64,000 nucleotides of DNA from a virus. Under the pieces are notes generated by a model, which worked only from the letters and a program-made list of their open reading frames with translations, did no database searches and was not told the origin of the DNA. Shown one piece after another: positions 52,160 through 60,904 of the stretch (positions are counted from its first letter, which is position 1; each line of letters opens with the position of its first letter). The position numbers and the translations under genes were made by a program. Where the stretch lies: positions 32,001 to 96,000 of the IMG/VR virus record IMGVR_UViG_3300043449_000492; one strand, 5' to 3'.

Positions 52160-52687
52160 ATGACAACAGAATCATTCACTACTAACACACCAGAGAATAC
52201 GTCAATTTTACAATCTACAAAATTTACGTTTCTAATACCTGACAAGCCATTTCTAAAATACTTTTGTCAGACTGTAAGCATACCTTCCGTATCAACATCA
52301 GAGATTCAAGTTAATACTCCTTTTAGTGCTACATTTCGTCATGGTGAAAAATTGAATTATGACGCACTAGTAATTACTGCAATGATGGATGAGGATCTTC
52401 GTGTTTGGGAAGAAACATATAACTGGCTTAAGTCACTAACTCGTCCTACATCATTTGGCGAATATCCAAGAAAAACTTTTAATGATACCCAGACACCACT
52501 TTACTTTGATGGCTTTCTTACGACCAATACAAATGCCAATAGAACAAATATGAGATTTAAGTTTCGTAATTGTCATCCTACTTCAATAGGTATGATTAAC
52601 TTTGACACTAAGGTTGATGCTGATACCATTCCTACATGTGACTTTACCTTTAGATACGATTACTATGAGGTTGAAAGGCTTGCTTGA
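52160..52687 (+). CDS. gp3: Tail tube terminator/completion protein gp3-like
   Basis: 'YFCQTVSIP', 'MDEDLRVWEETYNWL' and 'F.NCHPTSIG.I.F...FRYDYY'; usual position between gp23 and uvsY; GATAAATA at 52136. Confidence 0.82.
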   Translation: MTTESFTTNTPENTSILQSTKFTFLIPDKPFLKYFCQTVSIPSVSTSEIQVNTPFSATFRHGEKLNYDALVITAMMDEDLRVWEETYNWLKSLTRPTSFGEYPRKTFNDTQTPLYFDGFLTTNTNANRTNMRFKFRNCHPTSIGMINFDTKVDADTIPTCDFTFRYDYYEVERLA

Positions 52688-52712
52688 CTTTTCCATTTAG
52701 CTATGTTATAAT
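52684..52712 (+). promoter_or_regulatory. Sigma70-type early promoter for uvsY-uvsW
   Basis: TTGACT-17 bp-TATAAT with extended -10 TG. Confidence 0.85.
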
Positions 52713-52733
52713 GTGATTTTGAAAGGATAAAGA

Positions 52734-53180
52734 ATGAAGCCGCCAGTTGATATTGAAGCCTTAATGAAAGAGTGGTCAAAAGATTCAGTCATTGATTCCA
52801 CATCAATGGAATTAGAACTATTGAAGACTTCCTTTCTTCATGGTAAGTATCTTAATATCATGTCCTATCATAGGCATCTTGTTCGCAAGATGGAAGCTGA
52901 CTATAAGCTCCTTAAAGGACTTCGTGAGGATTACTACCAAGGTCATCTTACACAGGAAGACTTAGAAGAACGTGGCTGGGAACCTATGCAGCATGTTCTA
53001 TCTAATCCACAGATTGCTCGTAAGCTTGATGCTGACGCTGAACTAAATAGACTACTACTTAAGAAAGTTGCCCACGAAGAAATAGTATCTTATTGCGAAT
53101 CAGTATTAAAGTATATTTCATCTAGAACCTGGGACCTCGGGAACTACGTTAAGTATCTACAACTCACTTCTGGTAAATAA
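52734..53180 (+). CDS. uvsY: Recombination mediator UvsY
   Basis: 'WSKDSVID', 'LHGKYL', 'YYQG' and 'LDAD...ISSRTW'; upstream of uvsW. Confidence 0.88.
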   Translation: MKPPVDIEALMKEWSKDSVIDSTSMELELLKTSFLHGKYLNIMSYHRHLVRKMEADYKLLKGLREDYYQGHLTQEDLEERGWEPMQHVLSNPQIARKLDADAELNRLLLKKVAHEEIVSYCESVLKYISSRTWDLGNYVKYLQLTSGK

Positions 53181-54649
53181 TGAATCATTTGGTCTTATAT
53201 AATCACGACGAAAGCTATATCAAAGTTCAATGCGAGGAGTCTATCGCATGGGAACTTCGTGACGCTTTTTCTTTCCGTCCACCAGGTTTTCAGTTTGTTC
53301 CTTCTTACAAGCAAAAACTCTGGGACGGTTTTTTGAGGTTGTTCAATCCTGCAACTAGAACAATCTATAGAGGTCTTGGTCCACAAGTCATCGAGTGGAT
53401 TAAAGAAAGAGGTTATACCTATGAATACGCAGATGAAGACCTTGATACATCGTTTTCAATCGAGGAAGCGAAAGAGTTTGTGGAAAAGCTTAACCCTAAG
53501 CACCTTCCTAGAGACTACCAGATGGATGCTTTTGTTCACTCTATCCGTAGCAAGCGTCGTATTGTTCTTTCACCTACTGGCAGCGGCAAGTCTTTACTAC
53601 TATATTTGGTTTGTAATTATCTTCTTAAGCAAGGTAAACGGGGACTTCTAATCGTTCCACGTTCAGCACTTGTTGAGCAGATGTTTTCCGACTTTCAAGA
53701 TTACTCTGCTAAGAACGGCAAGGATATGTTCAAGTATTGCTGGAGAGTGTATTCTGGTAAAGACAAACATGCACAGCATCCTATTATCATATCAACATGG
53801 CAATCACTTTATAAGATGCCTAAAGAATACTTTCAACAGTTTGACTATGTTATCTGCGACGAGGTTCATCAAGCACAAGCAAAAGCATTGTCCGATATCG
53901 TTACCAAATGTACCAAAGCAGAGTATCGTCTTGGTGTAACAGGAACACTATCTGGAGCTAAGGCACATGAGTGGGTGCTTACTGGACTCTTTGGTCAAGT
54001 GTATAAAGCTACTACATCTGCAGAACTAATGAAGAATAAGCAACTGGCAGAGCTAACAATCAAATGTCTATTGCTTAAATACTCTGACGAAGAATGTCAG
54101 TATATGAAGTCTGCATCATATCAGGATGAGATTAAGTATCTCGTAAGCAATCCTGCAAGAAACAAGTTTATAGTGAATTTGGCTTTGTCATTAGAAGGTA
54201 ATACACTATTGCTATTCAACTTTGTTGAATCCCATGGTCGTGTTCTATATGACATGCTAAATAAAAAGGCGAACGGCCGAAAGGTCTTTTTTATTCATGG
54301 AGGTACAAATGTTGATGATAGAGAAGAAATACGTCGAATCATTGAATCGGAAACTAACGCTATTATTGTGGGCTCTATTGGTGTCCTTAGCACTGGTACT
54401 AACATTGTCAATCTTTCCAATGTCATCTTTGCGTCACCAAGTAAGTCTAAGATCAGAAATCTACAATCCATCGGGCGTGTCCTTAGAGTTAACGAATCTA
54501 AACAATCCGCTACACTCTTTGACATTGCCGACGACTTTAGCTGGAGAAAGAAAGAAAACTTTACTCTTAAACACTTTTTCGAACGACTCAAGACTTACAG
54601 TGATGAACAGTTTAAATTCAAACTCTACAAGATAAGCATGAAGGAATAA
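53180..54649 (+). CDS. uvsW: DNA/RNA helicase UvsW
   Basis: 'WDG..RLF', 'SPTGSGKS', 'DEVH', 'TGT' and 'LQSIGRVLR'. Confidence 0.95.
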   Translation: MNHLVLYNHDESYIKVQCEESIAWELRDAFSFRPPGFQFVPSYKQKLWDGFLRLFNPATRTIYRGLGPQVIEWIKERGYTYEYADEDLDTSFSIEEAKEFVEKLNPKHLPRDYQMDAFVHSIRSKRRIVLSPTGSGKSLLLYLVCNYLLKQGKRGLLIVPRSALVEQMFSDFQDYSAKNGKDMFKYCWRVYSGKDKHAQHPIIISTWQSLYKMPKEYFQQFDYVICDEVHQAQAKALSDIVTKCTKAEYRLGVTGTLSGAKAHEWVLTGLFGQVYKATTSAELMKNKQLAELTIKCLLLKYSDEECQYMKSASYQDEIKYLVSNPARNKFIVNLALSLEGNTLLLFNFVESHGRVLYDMLNKKANGRKVFFIHGGTNVDDREEIRRIIESETNAIIVGSIGVLSTGTNIVNLSNVIFASPSKSKIRNLQSIGRVLRVNESKQSATLFDIADDFSWRKKENFTLKHFFERLKTYSDEQFKFKLYKISMKE

Positions 54650-54653
54650 CCTT

Positions 54654-55088
54654 ATGTCTGATAATGAAAAACCATTAGCAAAGTTTTTACGTTTGCAAAA
54701 TGGTGATGATGTGATTGCAGAAGTTGTTGAGACAGAGGATGAGCAGGGTATTCTTTATACCTTGTTTCATCCTCTTAAGCTTGTATATGTTCCCGCTGAA
54801 GATACCGGATATGTTTCCATAGCATTTATGCCATGGGTATTTCCTCGTGTATGTGAAGAACAGATATTTTCATTACATGCAGAAGATGTAATGCTACTAA
54901 ATGATATCACTCAGAAGATGAATATATACTATTGGGAGAGCGTCGAATCTTACTTGAATATGAGTAAGAAGATCGAGGAGGAGTCTGAGCCAGAAAGGCA
55001 TCCTGATACGGATATGACTCCTGACGAAGAATTAGAATTATACAATAAGATAGTAGAACACTTAGGAACTAAAAGGACTTATCATTAA
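54654..55088 (+). CDS. Conserved hypothetical protein (Sm-like N-terminus) between uvsW and gp55
   Basis: 'LRLQNGDDVIAEV...PL...PW' pattern; conserved position. Confidence 0.65.
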   Translation: MSDNEKPLAKFLRLQNGDDVIAEVVETEDEQGILYTLFHPLKLVYVPAEDTGYVSIAFMPWVFPRVCEEQIFSLHAEDVMLLNDITQKMNIYYWESVESYLNMSKKIEEESEPERHPDTDMTPDEELELYNKIVEHLGTKRTYH

Positions 55089-55384
55089 TGGCAACAACCA
55101 CAACTAACCCATATCTTTCTTTAGATGATGCCGATTTAGTTGACGATTTTGGCTTTACATTTGGCAACGAAGATGATATAGTAGCAGAAGCTATAGCACC
55201 AGCATCAGATGAAATCCAGGATCTTAAGAACCGCTTGGCAGCTATTCGTAAGATTTATATGCCTCTACTGCAGAATCTAGCCAAGAACGCAGACCAGCCC
55301 ATTATCAAGTGGCCTGATCGTGGCCCGATTCTACAAAAGCAAATAACGAAACTTACTACCCTTACCGAACCTGGATTTAAGTAA
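55088..55384 (+). CDS. Hypothetical protein
   Basis: 'DFGFTF...PLLQNL.KN....IKWPDR' pattern seen in T4-like phages; TAATG coupling. Confidence 0.65.
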   Translation: MATTTTNPYLSLDDADLVDDFGFTFGNEDDIVAEAIAPASDEIQDLKNRLAAIRKIYMPLLQNLAKNADQPIIKWPDRGPILQKQITKLTTLTEPGFK

Positions 55385-55463
55385 TTGCTTCGCAATGTCT
55401 CGCTTCGCTCGACGGGAGCAATCTGGTTGCAGTTTTGTTAAATCTGTTGTTGTCTTAAAGTCC

Positions 55464-55492
55464 ATTATACCGCAATGCCGAAAACATGTCAA
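55464..55492 (-). promoter_or_regulatory. Perfect-consensus sigma70 promoter on the minus strand (antisense, no ORF with RBS downstream)
   Basis: Reverse complement reads TTGACA-tgttttcggcattgcgg (17 bp)-TATAAT. Confidence 0.85.
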
Positions 55493-55500
55493 GGGCATAA

Positions 55501-56109
55501 ATGAAAGAAAGTGAAAAAATGTTAGCAAAACCAAAGAAAAAGCCGAATCACTATGTTGATAACGCCAAGTTTCTCGCAGATATCGTTGAGTATAAGAAGA
55601 AAGTTGCTTATGCTGCTGAGAACGGACTAGAGAAGCCACGTGTTTCGGAATACATTGGCAAGTGTATTTGGCTTATTACGGAAAACTTAGCTCGTAAGCC
55701 TCGCTTCATGAATTACTCATTCATTGATGAAATGAAGTCTGACGCTATCGAGAACTGCTTTCTATACTTTGACAATTTCAATCCAGCGATTAGTCAAAAT
55801 CCTTTTGCTTACTTTACCCAAATCATCTACTACGCCTTTCATCGTAGAATTTCCAAAGAAGAAAAGAATAGATATATAATCTATAAAAAGTTTCAGGAAA
55901 GCGTTCTGGACACACCAGATGCATCTTTAATGGTTGATGGTGACGATAACCACTTGATTTCTTCGACAATGTATGATAATCTTAATGTCTTCATAAGAAA
56001 CTTTGAGACAAGAGAACAGGCAAAGAAGTTAAAGAGGAAACTTAAGAAAGAAGGCTTAGAGAAGTTTGTAGGAGAAGATGATGAGCAACAGCAACAGCAA
56101 GAGGGATGA
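55501..56109 (+). CDS. gp55: Late-transcription sigma factor (start may be 55519)
   Basis: 'HYVDNAKFL', 'YIGKCI..I.ENL...PRF.NY', 'DAIENC' and 'NPFAYFTQIIYYAF.RRI.KE'. Confidence 0.95.
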   Translation: MKESEKMLAKPKKKPNHYVDNAKFLADIVEYKKKVAYAAENGLEKPRVSEYIGKCIWLITENLARKPRFMNYSFIDEMKSDAIENCFLYFDNFNPAISQNPFAYFTQIIYYAFHRRISKEEKNRYIIYKKFQESVLDTPDASLMVDGDDNHLISSTMYDNLNVFIRNFETREQAKKLKRKLKKEGLEKFVGEDDEQQQQQEG

Positions 56110-56305
56110 AAACGTCTATGAAGTTCCTTTCCAAGTGCAATCATTGATAGATTCACTTAAGAATAAACAAGAGAGAGTTCATGTTAGAGGTAATTATCGA
56201 ATGAGGCTTGAAGGTATCAAGCGAGCAATCGATCGGGCTATCTATGACTATGATGTAGAAATGGGTGATAGTAAGTCTATGTTTTTTCCTAAAGGAAAAC
56301 GCTAA
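56078..56305 (+). CDS. Hypothetical protein
   Basis: GGAG RBS; 'VP..VQSLI...VRGNYRMRLE' pattern. Confidence 0.6.
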   Translation: MMSNSNSKRDENVYEVPFQVQSLIDSLKNKQERVHVRGNYRMRLEGIKRAIDRAIYDYDVEMGDSKSMFFPKGKR

Positions 56306-56985
56306 TGCCTTTGTCATCAGCATTATTTAAGCGAGAAACAAAAGAATGTATTAAGTCTAATATTAATACTAATGTCAGAATACTTGATATTGGAGTAGGT
56401 GTAGGAACATATGCAGATCTACTGGCTAATGAAAGATATATTATTGACGGTATAGAAATCTATACTCCATACGTTGATATATTTAAGCTTGAAGATAAGT
56501 ATGATACATTGTTTGTAGGCGACGTTCGCAAGCAGACAAAAAAGTTTTTTGATAAGTATGGTTTAATCATTCTTGGTGATGTTTTAGAACATCTATCCGT
56601 GTTGGAAGCACAAGAACTTCTCTCTAAGTTAAAAGGCAAATCAATCATCATTGCTGTTCCGTTTAAAGGAGAACAGCATGTTGCTCACGGAAATGAGCAT
56701 GAGATTCATTATCAAGATGACTTGACTCCACAAATTTTCACTGAAAGATATCCAGATTTTTATCCGTTAGGAATCTGTTCATGGTATGGGGTTTTCACCA
56801 ACATTAGACGTAATTACTTTTATGCCACTATAGATGCATTAGAAGAAGACATTAAGTTTATCACCACAAAATTTGGTATGATTAAAGTAGATGCAAGTCC
56901 TGAATTTTTTATATATCAACATGAAGGAAGGTCACATAATGTTCCTAAAGAGTATTATGATCTTTTAAAGGAATATCCGCTATGA
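56305..56985 (+). CDS. Class I SAM-dependent methyltransferase
   Basis: Motif I 'ILDIGVGVG', 'GIEI' and 'GDVLEHL'. Confidence 0.8.
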   Translation: MPLSSALFKRETKECIKSNINTNVRILDIGVGVGTYADLLANERYIIDGIEIYTPYVDIFKLEDKYDTLFVGDVRKQTKKFFDKYGLIILGDVLEHLSVLEAQELLSKLKGKSIIIAVPFKGEQHVAHGNEHEIHYQDDLTPQIFTERYPDFYPLGICSWYGVFTNIRRNYFYATIDALEEDIKFITTKFGMIKVDASPEFFIYQHEGRSHNVPKEYYDLLKEYPL

Positions 56986-57173
56986 GTAACTATGATGATT
57001 TTGTTGAAAGAGTTGAACAGGACTTACATTGGTTTTGTGATAAGATAGTTGAGCCTTTTCCTATTCATCCAAAAGATCGAGAGAAGATATTTCAAAGAAT
57101 GATAAATCTCGGTTGGCTAAGACAATCTGAGTATGATACTTATATGGAGCTAACGAAAAAAGATGATGATTAA
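56982..57173 (+). CDS. Hypothetical protein
   Basis: ATGA coupling; 63 aa. Confidence 0.55.
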   Translation: MSNYDDFVERVEQDLHWFCDKIVEPFPIHPKDREKIFQRMINLGWLRQSEYDTYMELTKKDDD

Positions 57174-57768
57174 TCGAACTGAAGACATTGAGTTGTTTCC
57201 TACATTACTAATGAGAGTTCCTAACTTTCTCACCAAAGAGAAGTGTGAATGGATTTTGAATACTTATCGTAATAGTGAGATTCTTGCTCCTCATAAATAT
57301 TTTGTTGGACCAGGTTCTAGGTCTTCTCATGCTTATGACAAGCACGTTGATGTTTTAGCGGATATAAACGAAAGTGATATGTGCTTTGGTATAACTGATA
57401 TGGTCAAGGGAGCCATAACAGAGTATATAAGAAAAACAGGAATTGCTAATGTTGCAATCACTAATAGCTGGTTGAATATTCAGAATGAGGGTGGCAAGAT
57501 TTTTCGTCATGCTCATCCAGGTAGTATTATCACTGGCATAATCTATATCAATGCGGATGAAGGAAGTTCTTTATACTTTTATGATAACAATATAGCCACA
57601 TGTTGGACTCCTAATCAGGCAGATTCAAAATACAAATCAGAAAAGTATCGTTTTGTTCCTACATCAGGAGATTTGATTATCTTTCCGTCTTGGCTTCAAC
57701 ATGGAACAGAGGAAGACTTTACCACACATGAAAGAACTGTTCTGGCATTTAATACTCACGCATGTTAA
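57163..57768 (+). CDS. Putative 2OG-Fe(II) oxygenase (phage family)
   Basis: 'LFPT', 'SWLN', 'HAHPGS..TGIIY', 'IFPSWLQH' and 'RTVLAFN'. Confidence 0.82.
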   Translation: MMINRTEDIELFPTLLMRVPNFLTKEKCEWILNTYRNSEILAPHKYFVGPGSRSSHAYDKHVDVLADINESDMCFGITDMVKGAITEYIRKTGIANVAITNSWLNIQNEGGKIFRHAHPGSIITGIIYINADEGSSLYFYDNNIATCWTPNQADSKYKSEKYRFVPTSGDLIIFPSWLQHGTEEDFTTHERTVLAFNTHAC

Positions 57769-57774
57769 AAAAGC

Positions 57775-57803
57775 TTGACGAAATCGTTTTTATGCTTTAT
57801 ACT
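57775..57803 (+). promoter_or_regulatory. Sigma70-type promoter for gp47-ftsH-gp46
   Basis: TTGACG-17 bp-TATACT in the intergenic region. Confidence 0.75.
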
Positions 57804-57841
57804 GTATCTTTGAATTTGATCAAAGATTTGAAGGAACAACT

Positions 57842-58918
57842 ATGGCCTTAATTGCTATGCCTACCGATACCCACGCTGGTGTCAGAAATGACAATCCGGC
57901 TTTTCAACTATATCAGAAGCGATGCTGGCAATGGTTCTTTGACTATATTGATAAGTATAACATTAAGCATGTAATCCATCTTGGTGACATTTATGATCGT
58001 CGCAAGTATATTAATTTCATGTCTGCGAAGCGACTTCGTGAGGACTTTTTAGAACCTCTAGAGGAGCGGGGAATTGAAACCCATATTATTCAAGGTAATC
58101 ACGATTCTTATTACAAAGATACGCATGAAGTTAATGCACTTGAGGAAGTTATCTCTGGAAGATATCGTTACATTAGGACTCATAGTGTCCCTACTGTTAT
58201 CAGTATTGATGGGCTTGATATTCAATTAATGCCATGGATCACTGACTCTAATCGTCAGGAAGCCTATGAAGCAATCAAAAATCCTAAAGCTTCGATACTC
58301 ATGGGTCATCTTGAGTTAAACGGCTTTACAATGCATAGAGGACTCATATCAGATCATGGACTGGATCGTAAGCTTTTTGAGAAATTCGACGCTGTTTATT
58401 CTGGCCACTATCATCATCGTTCTAGCGTTGGCAACATTACTTATATTGGAGCCTTGGCAGAATATACTTGGCATGATTATGGGGACCCACGAGGATTCAG
58501 CATCCTAGATACTAATACTAGAACTATGGAGTTTGAACAGAATCCACATAAGATGTTTAGACTTGCAAAGTATGATGACATTGCTAATCCTGAGATAATT
58601 GACAAGATTCAAAAGACAGATTTCTCCAAGTATAAGGATTGTTTCGTCAAGCTAGTTGTGGTGAACAAGTCTAATCCATATGCATTCGACCTGTTGTTTG
58701 ATTCGCTTTATAAAGCAGGTCCTCTTGATATTCAGATTGTTGAAGATCCTACTATTCTACTCGACGGTGAAGTCTCTGACGAGATTGACGAAGCGGAAGA
58801 TACAGTAACGATTCTTCGCAAATATATCGATGGTTTGACACTCTCGGTTAATAACGAGAGAATGAAAAAATTCATGATTGATGTTTACAACGAAGCCTTA
58901 CAGGTTGAAACGATATAG
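57842..58918 (+). CDS. gp47: Recombination nuclease subunit (Mre11/SbcD-like)
   Basis: 'TDTHAGVR', 'HLGD.YDRRK', 'GNHD', 'GHLE' and 'SGHYH'. Confidence 0.95.
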   Translation: MALIAMPTDTHAGVRNDNPAFQLYQKRCWQWFFDYIDKYNIKHVIHLGDIYDRRKYINFMSAKRLREDFLEPLEERGIETHIIQGNHDSYYKDTHEVNALEEVISGRYRYIRTHSVPTVISIDGLDIQLMPWITDSNRQEAYEAIKNPKASILMGHLELNGFTMHRGLISDHGLDRKLFEKFDAVYSGHYHHRSSVGNITYIGALAEYTWHDYGDPRGFSILDTNTRTMEFEQNPHKMFRLAKYDDIANPEIIDKIQKTDFSKYKDCFVKLVVVNKSNPYAFDLLFDSLYKAGPLDIQIVEDPTILLDGEVSDEIDEAEDTVTILRKYIDGLTLSVNNERMKKFMIDVYNEALQVETI

Positions 58919-58928
58919 GAATCGTATT

Positions 58929-60719
58929 ATGAAAAAGTTTGTACCCTTTATTATTTTCTTTTTGGTAGGTGTAGTCCTTTATTGGATGTCACTACCTGCT
59001 GAACACAAGCTAACGAATGAGATTAGCTATTCTGACTTCATCGGTCAGGTAGATCGCAATAACATTCATGATGTTTATATCTCAGGTAATCAGCTTACAG
59101 GACACTTTACTTCTGACAATAGAGAGTTTAAGACTGCTATTGCAGGTATATCTTCACTTCTACCAAAGTTAGAAGAACACAAAGTAAGTATCAAGATTAG
59201 AACAGACGATCCAGAATCTACTTTCTGGACTTCAATGTTTATCAATCTTCTTCCTGTTCTTCTATTCTTCGGTCTTTGGATTTGGTTATCTCGTCGTTCT
59301 GGTACAGGTGGTCCAGGCGGCATCATGGGAATGGGCAAGTCAAAAGCAAAGTTACTGACCGAGTCTGCAACAACAAAGACATTTGAAGATGTTGCTGGTG
59401 TTGATCAAGCTAAAGAAGACTTGCAAGAGATTGTAGAGTTTCTAAGAAATCCTGCTAAGTTTGAAAGACTTGGTGGTAAGATTCCAAAGGGAATTCTACT
59501 CGTTGGTCCTCCAGGCACTGGTAAGACACTATTAGCAAGAGCAGTTGCTGGACAAGCGGGTGTTCCTTTCTTTAGCATTTCAGGATCTGACTTCGTTGAA
59601 ATGTTTGTTGGTGTTGGCGCTTCCCGTGTTAGAGACATGTTCGATCAAGCAAAGAAGAATGCACCATGCATTGTCTTCATTGACGAAATCGATGCTGTTG
59701 GCAGATCACGTGGTTCTGGTATGGGTGGTAATGATGAGCGTGACCAGACACTAAATGCAATGCTTGTTGAAATGGACGGATTCAATGATAATGCGGGTGT
59801 TATTGTTATTGCTGCTACTAACCGTGTGGACGTTCTGGATAAGGCTCTAACAAGACCTGGTCGTTTCGATAGACAGATTCAAGTTCCTAATCCAGACTTT
59901 GTTGGTCGTCAACATATTCTCAAGGTTCACACTCGCAAGGTTCCTGTTGGACCCGATGTTGATCTAAAAGTTATTGCAAAGGGAACATCAGGCTTCTCTG
60001 GTGCTGATCTTGCAAATCTAGTTAACGAAGCTGCTCTCCTTGCTGCTCGACGTTCAAAGCGTATTGTAACAGCACAAGAGTTTGAAGATTCCCGTGATAA
60101 GATTCTAATGGGATCTGAGCATAGAACACTAGCAATGACTGATGAAGAAAAAAGAATGACAGCATATCATGAAGGTGGTCATGCTCTCGTATCACTTAAC
60201 ATGTCAGGCTCTATTCCAATCCACAAAGCAACGATTATCCCCAGGGGCCGTGCATTAGGTATGGTACAGTCTCTACCTGAGCGTGATCAAATCTCACAGT
60301 CATATGAAGAAATGATTGCACACCTTGCTATGGCAATGGGTGGTCGTGCCGCAGAAGAAATCGTCTTCGGTAAAGATAGTGTAACATCTGGTGCTGCATC
60401 TGATATTCAAGCAGCTACTAAGATGGCTAGAGCAATGGTAACTCAGCTAGGATTCTCTCCACTTCTTGGTCGTATGGCTTATGAAGATCCTAATGCTGAT
60501 GCCTTTCGTGGACCTAAGGTTGCAGAAGAAACACAGAAGATTGTGGATATTGAAATCAAGCGCCTCGTTGAGGAAGGTTATTCTACTGCTAGAAGAATCC
60601 TCACTCTTAAGAGAAAAGACCTTGACACACTAGCCGAAGGCCTGTTAGAATATGAGACTCTAACGGGTAAAGAGATTAAGGACTTGTTAGAAGGAAAGAA
60701 ACCTAAGCGAGACTTTTGA
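58929..60719 (+). CDS. ftsH: ATP-dependent zinc metalloprotease FtsH, full length
   Basis: Start reassigned to ATG 58929. Two TM helices flank a periplasmic domain; Walker A GPPGTGKT, pore FVEMFVGVG, Walker B IVFIDE, SRH 'TNR...LD.AL.RPGRFDR', HEGGH zinc motif and 'GGRAAEE...SGA.SD'. Confidence 0.96.
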   Translation: MKKFVPFIIFFLVGVVLYWMSLPAEHKLTNEISYSDFIGQVDRNNIHDVYISGNQLTGHFTSDNREFKTAIAGISSLLPKLEEHKVSIKIRTDDPESTFWTSMFINLLPVLLFFGLWIWLSRRSGTGGPGGIMGMGKSKAKLLTESATTKTFEDVAGVDQAKEDLQEIVEFLRNPAKFERLGGKIPKGILLVGPPGTGKTLLARAVAGQAGVPFFSISGSDFVEMFVGVGASRVRDMFDQAKKNAPCIVFIDEIDAVGRSRGSGMGGNDERDQTLNAMLVEMDGFNDNAGVIVIAATNRVDVLDKALTRPGRFDRQIQVPNPDFVGRQHILKVHTRKVPVGPDVDLKVIAKGTSGFSGADLANLVNEAALLAARRSKRIVTAQEFEDSRDKILMGSEHRTLAMTDEEKRMTAYHEGGHALVSLNMSGSIPIHKATIIPRGRALGMVQSLPERDQISQSYEEMIAHLAMAMGGRAAEEIVFGKDSVTSGAASDIQAATKMARAMVTQLGFSPLLGRMAYEDPNADAFRGPKVAEETQKIVDIEIKRLVEEGYSTARRILTLKRKDLDTLAEGLLEYETLTGKEIKDLLEGKKPKRDF

Positions 60720-60904
60720 TGAGACGTTTTTATCCTCCACGGTATTATTCTAAACAATATCGTGATAGTATGAAAGAAGCATTATCATGGGATTACACTA
60801 AAGCTAAAGTTCGCCGTAACATGCCAGGTTGGGGTAGAATAAAAGTGATTGGTTCCTATGCAGATTATATTAAACATGTTAATGATAGGGTGAAGAAAAA
60901 GTGA
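60716..60904 (+). CDS. Small basic hypothetical protein
   Basis: Overlaps both neighbours by a few nucleotides. Confidence 0.5.
   Translation: MMRRFYPPRYYSKQYRDSMKEALSWDYTKAKVRRNMPGWGRIKVIGSYADYIKHVNDRVKKK

Noticed and set aside
55331-55639. Minus-strand 102-aa ORF as the target of the antisense promoter
   Set aside because: It starts upstream of the promoter and inside gp55. The in-frame ATG near 55465 overlaps the -10 box, so it would not be in the transcript.
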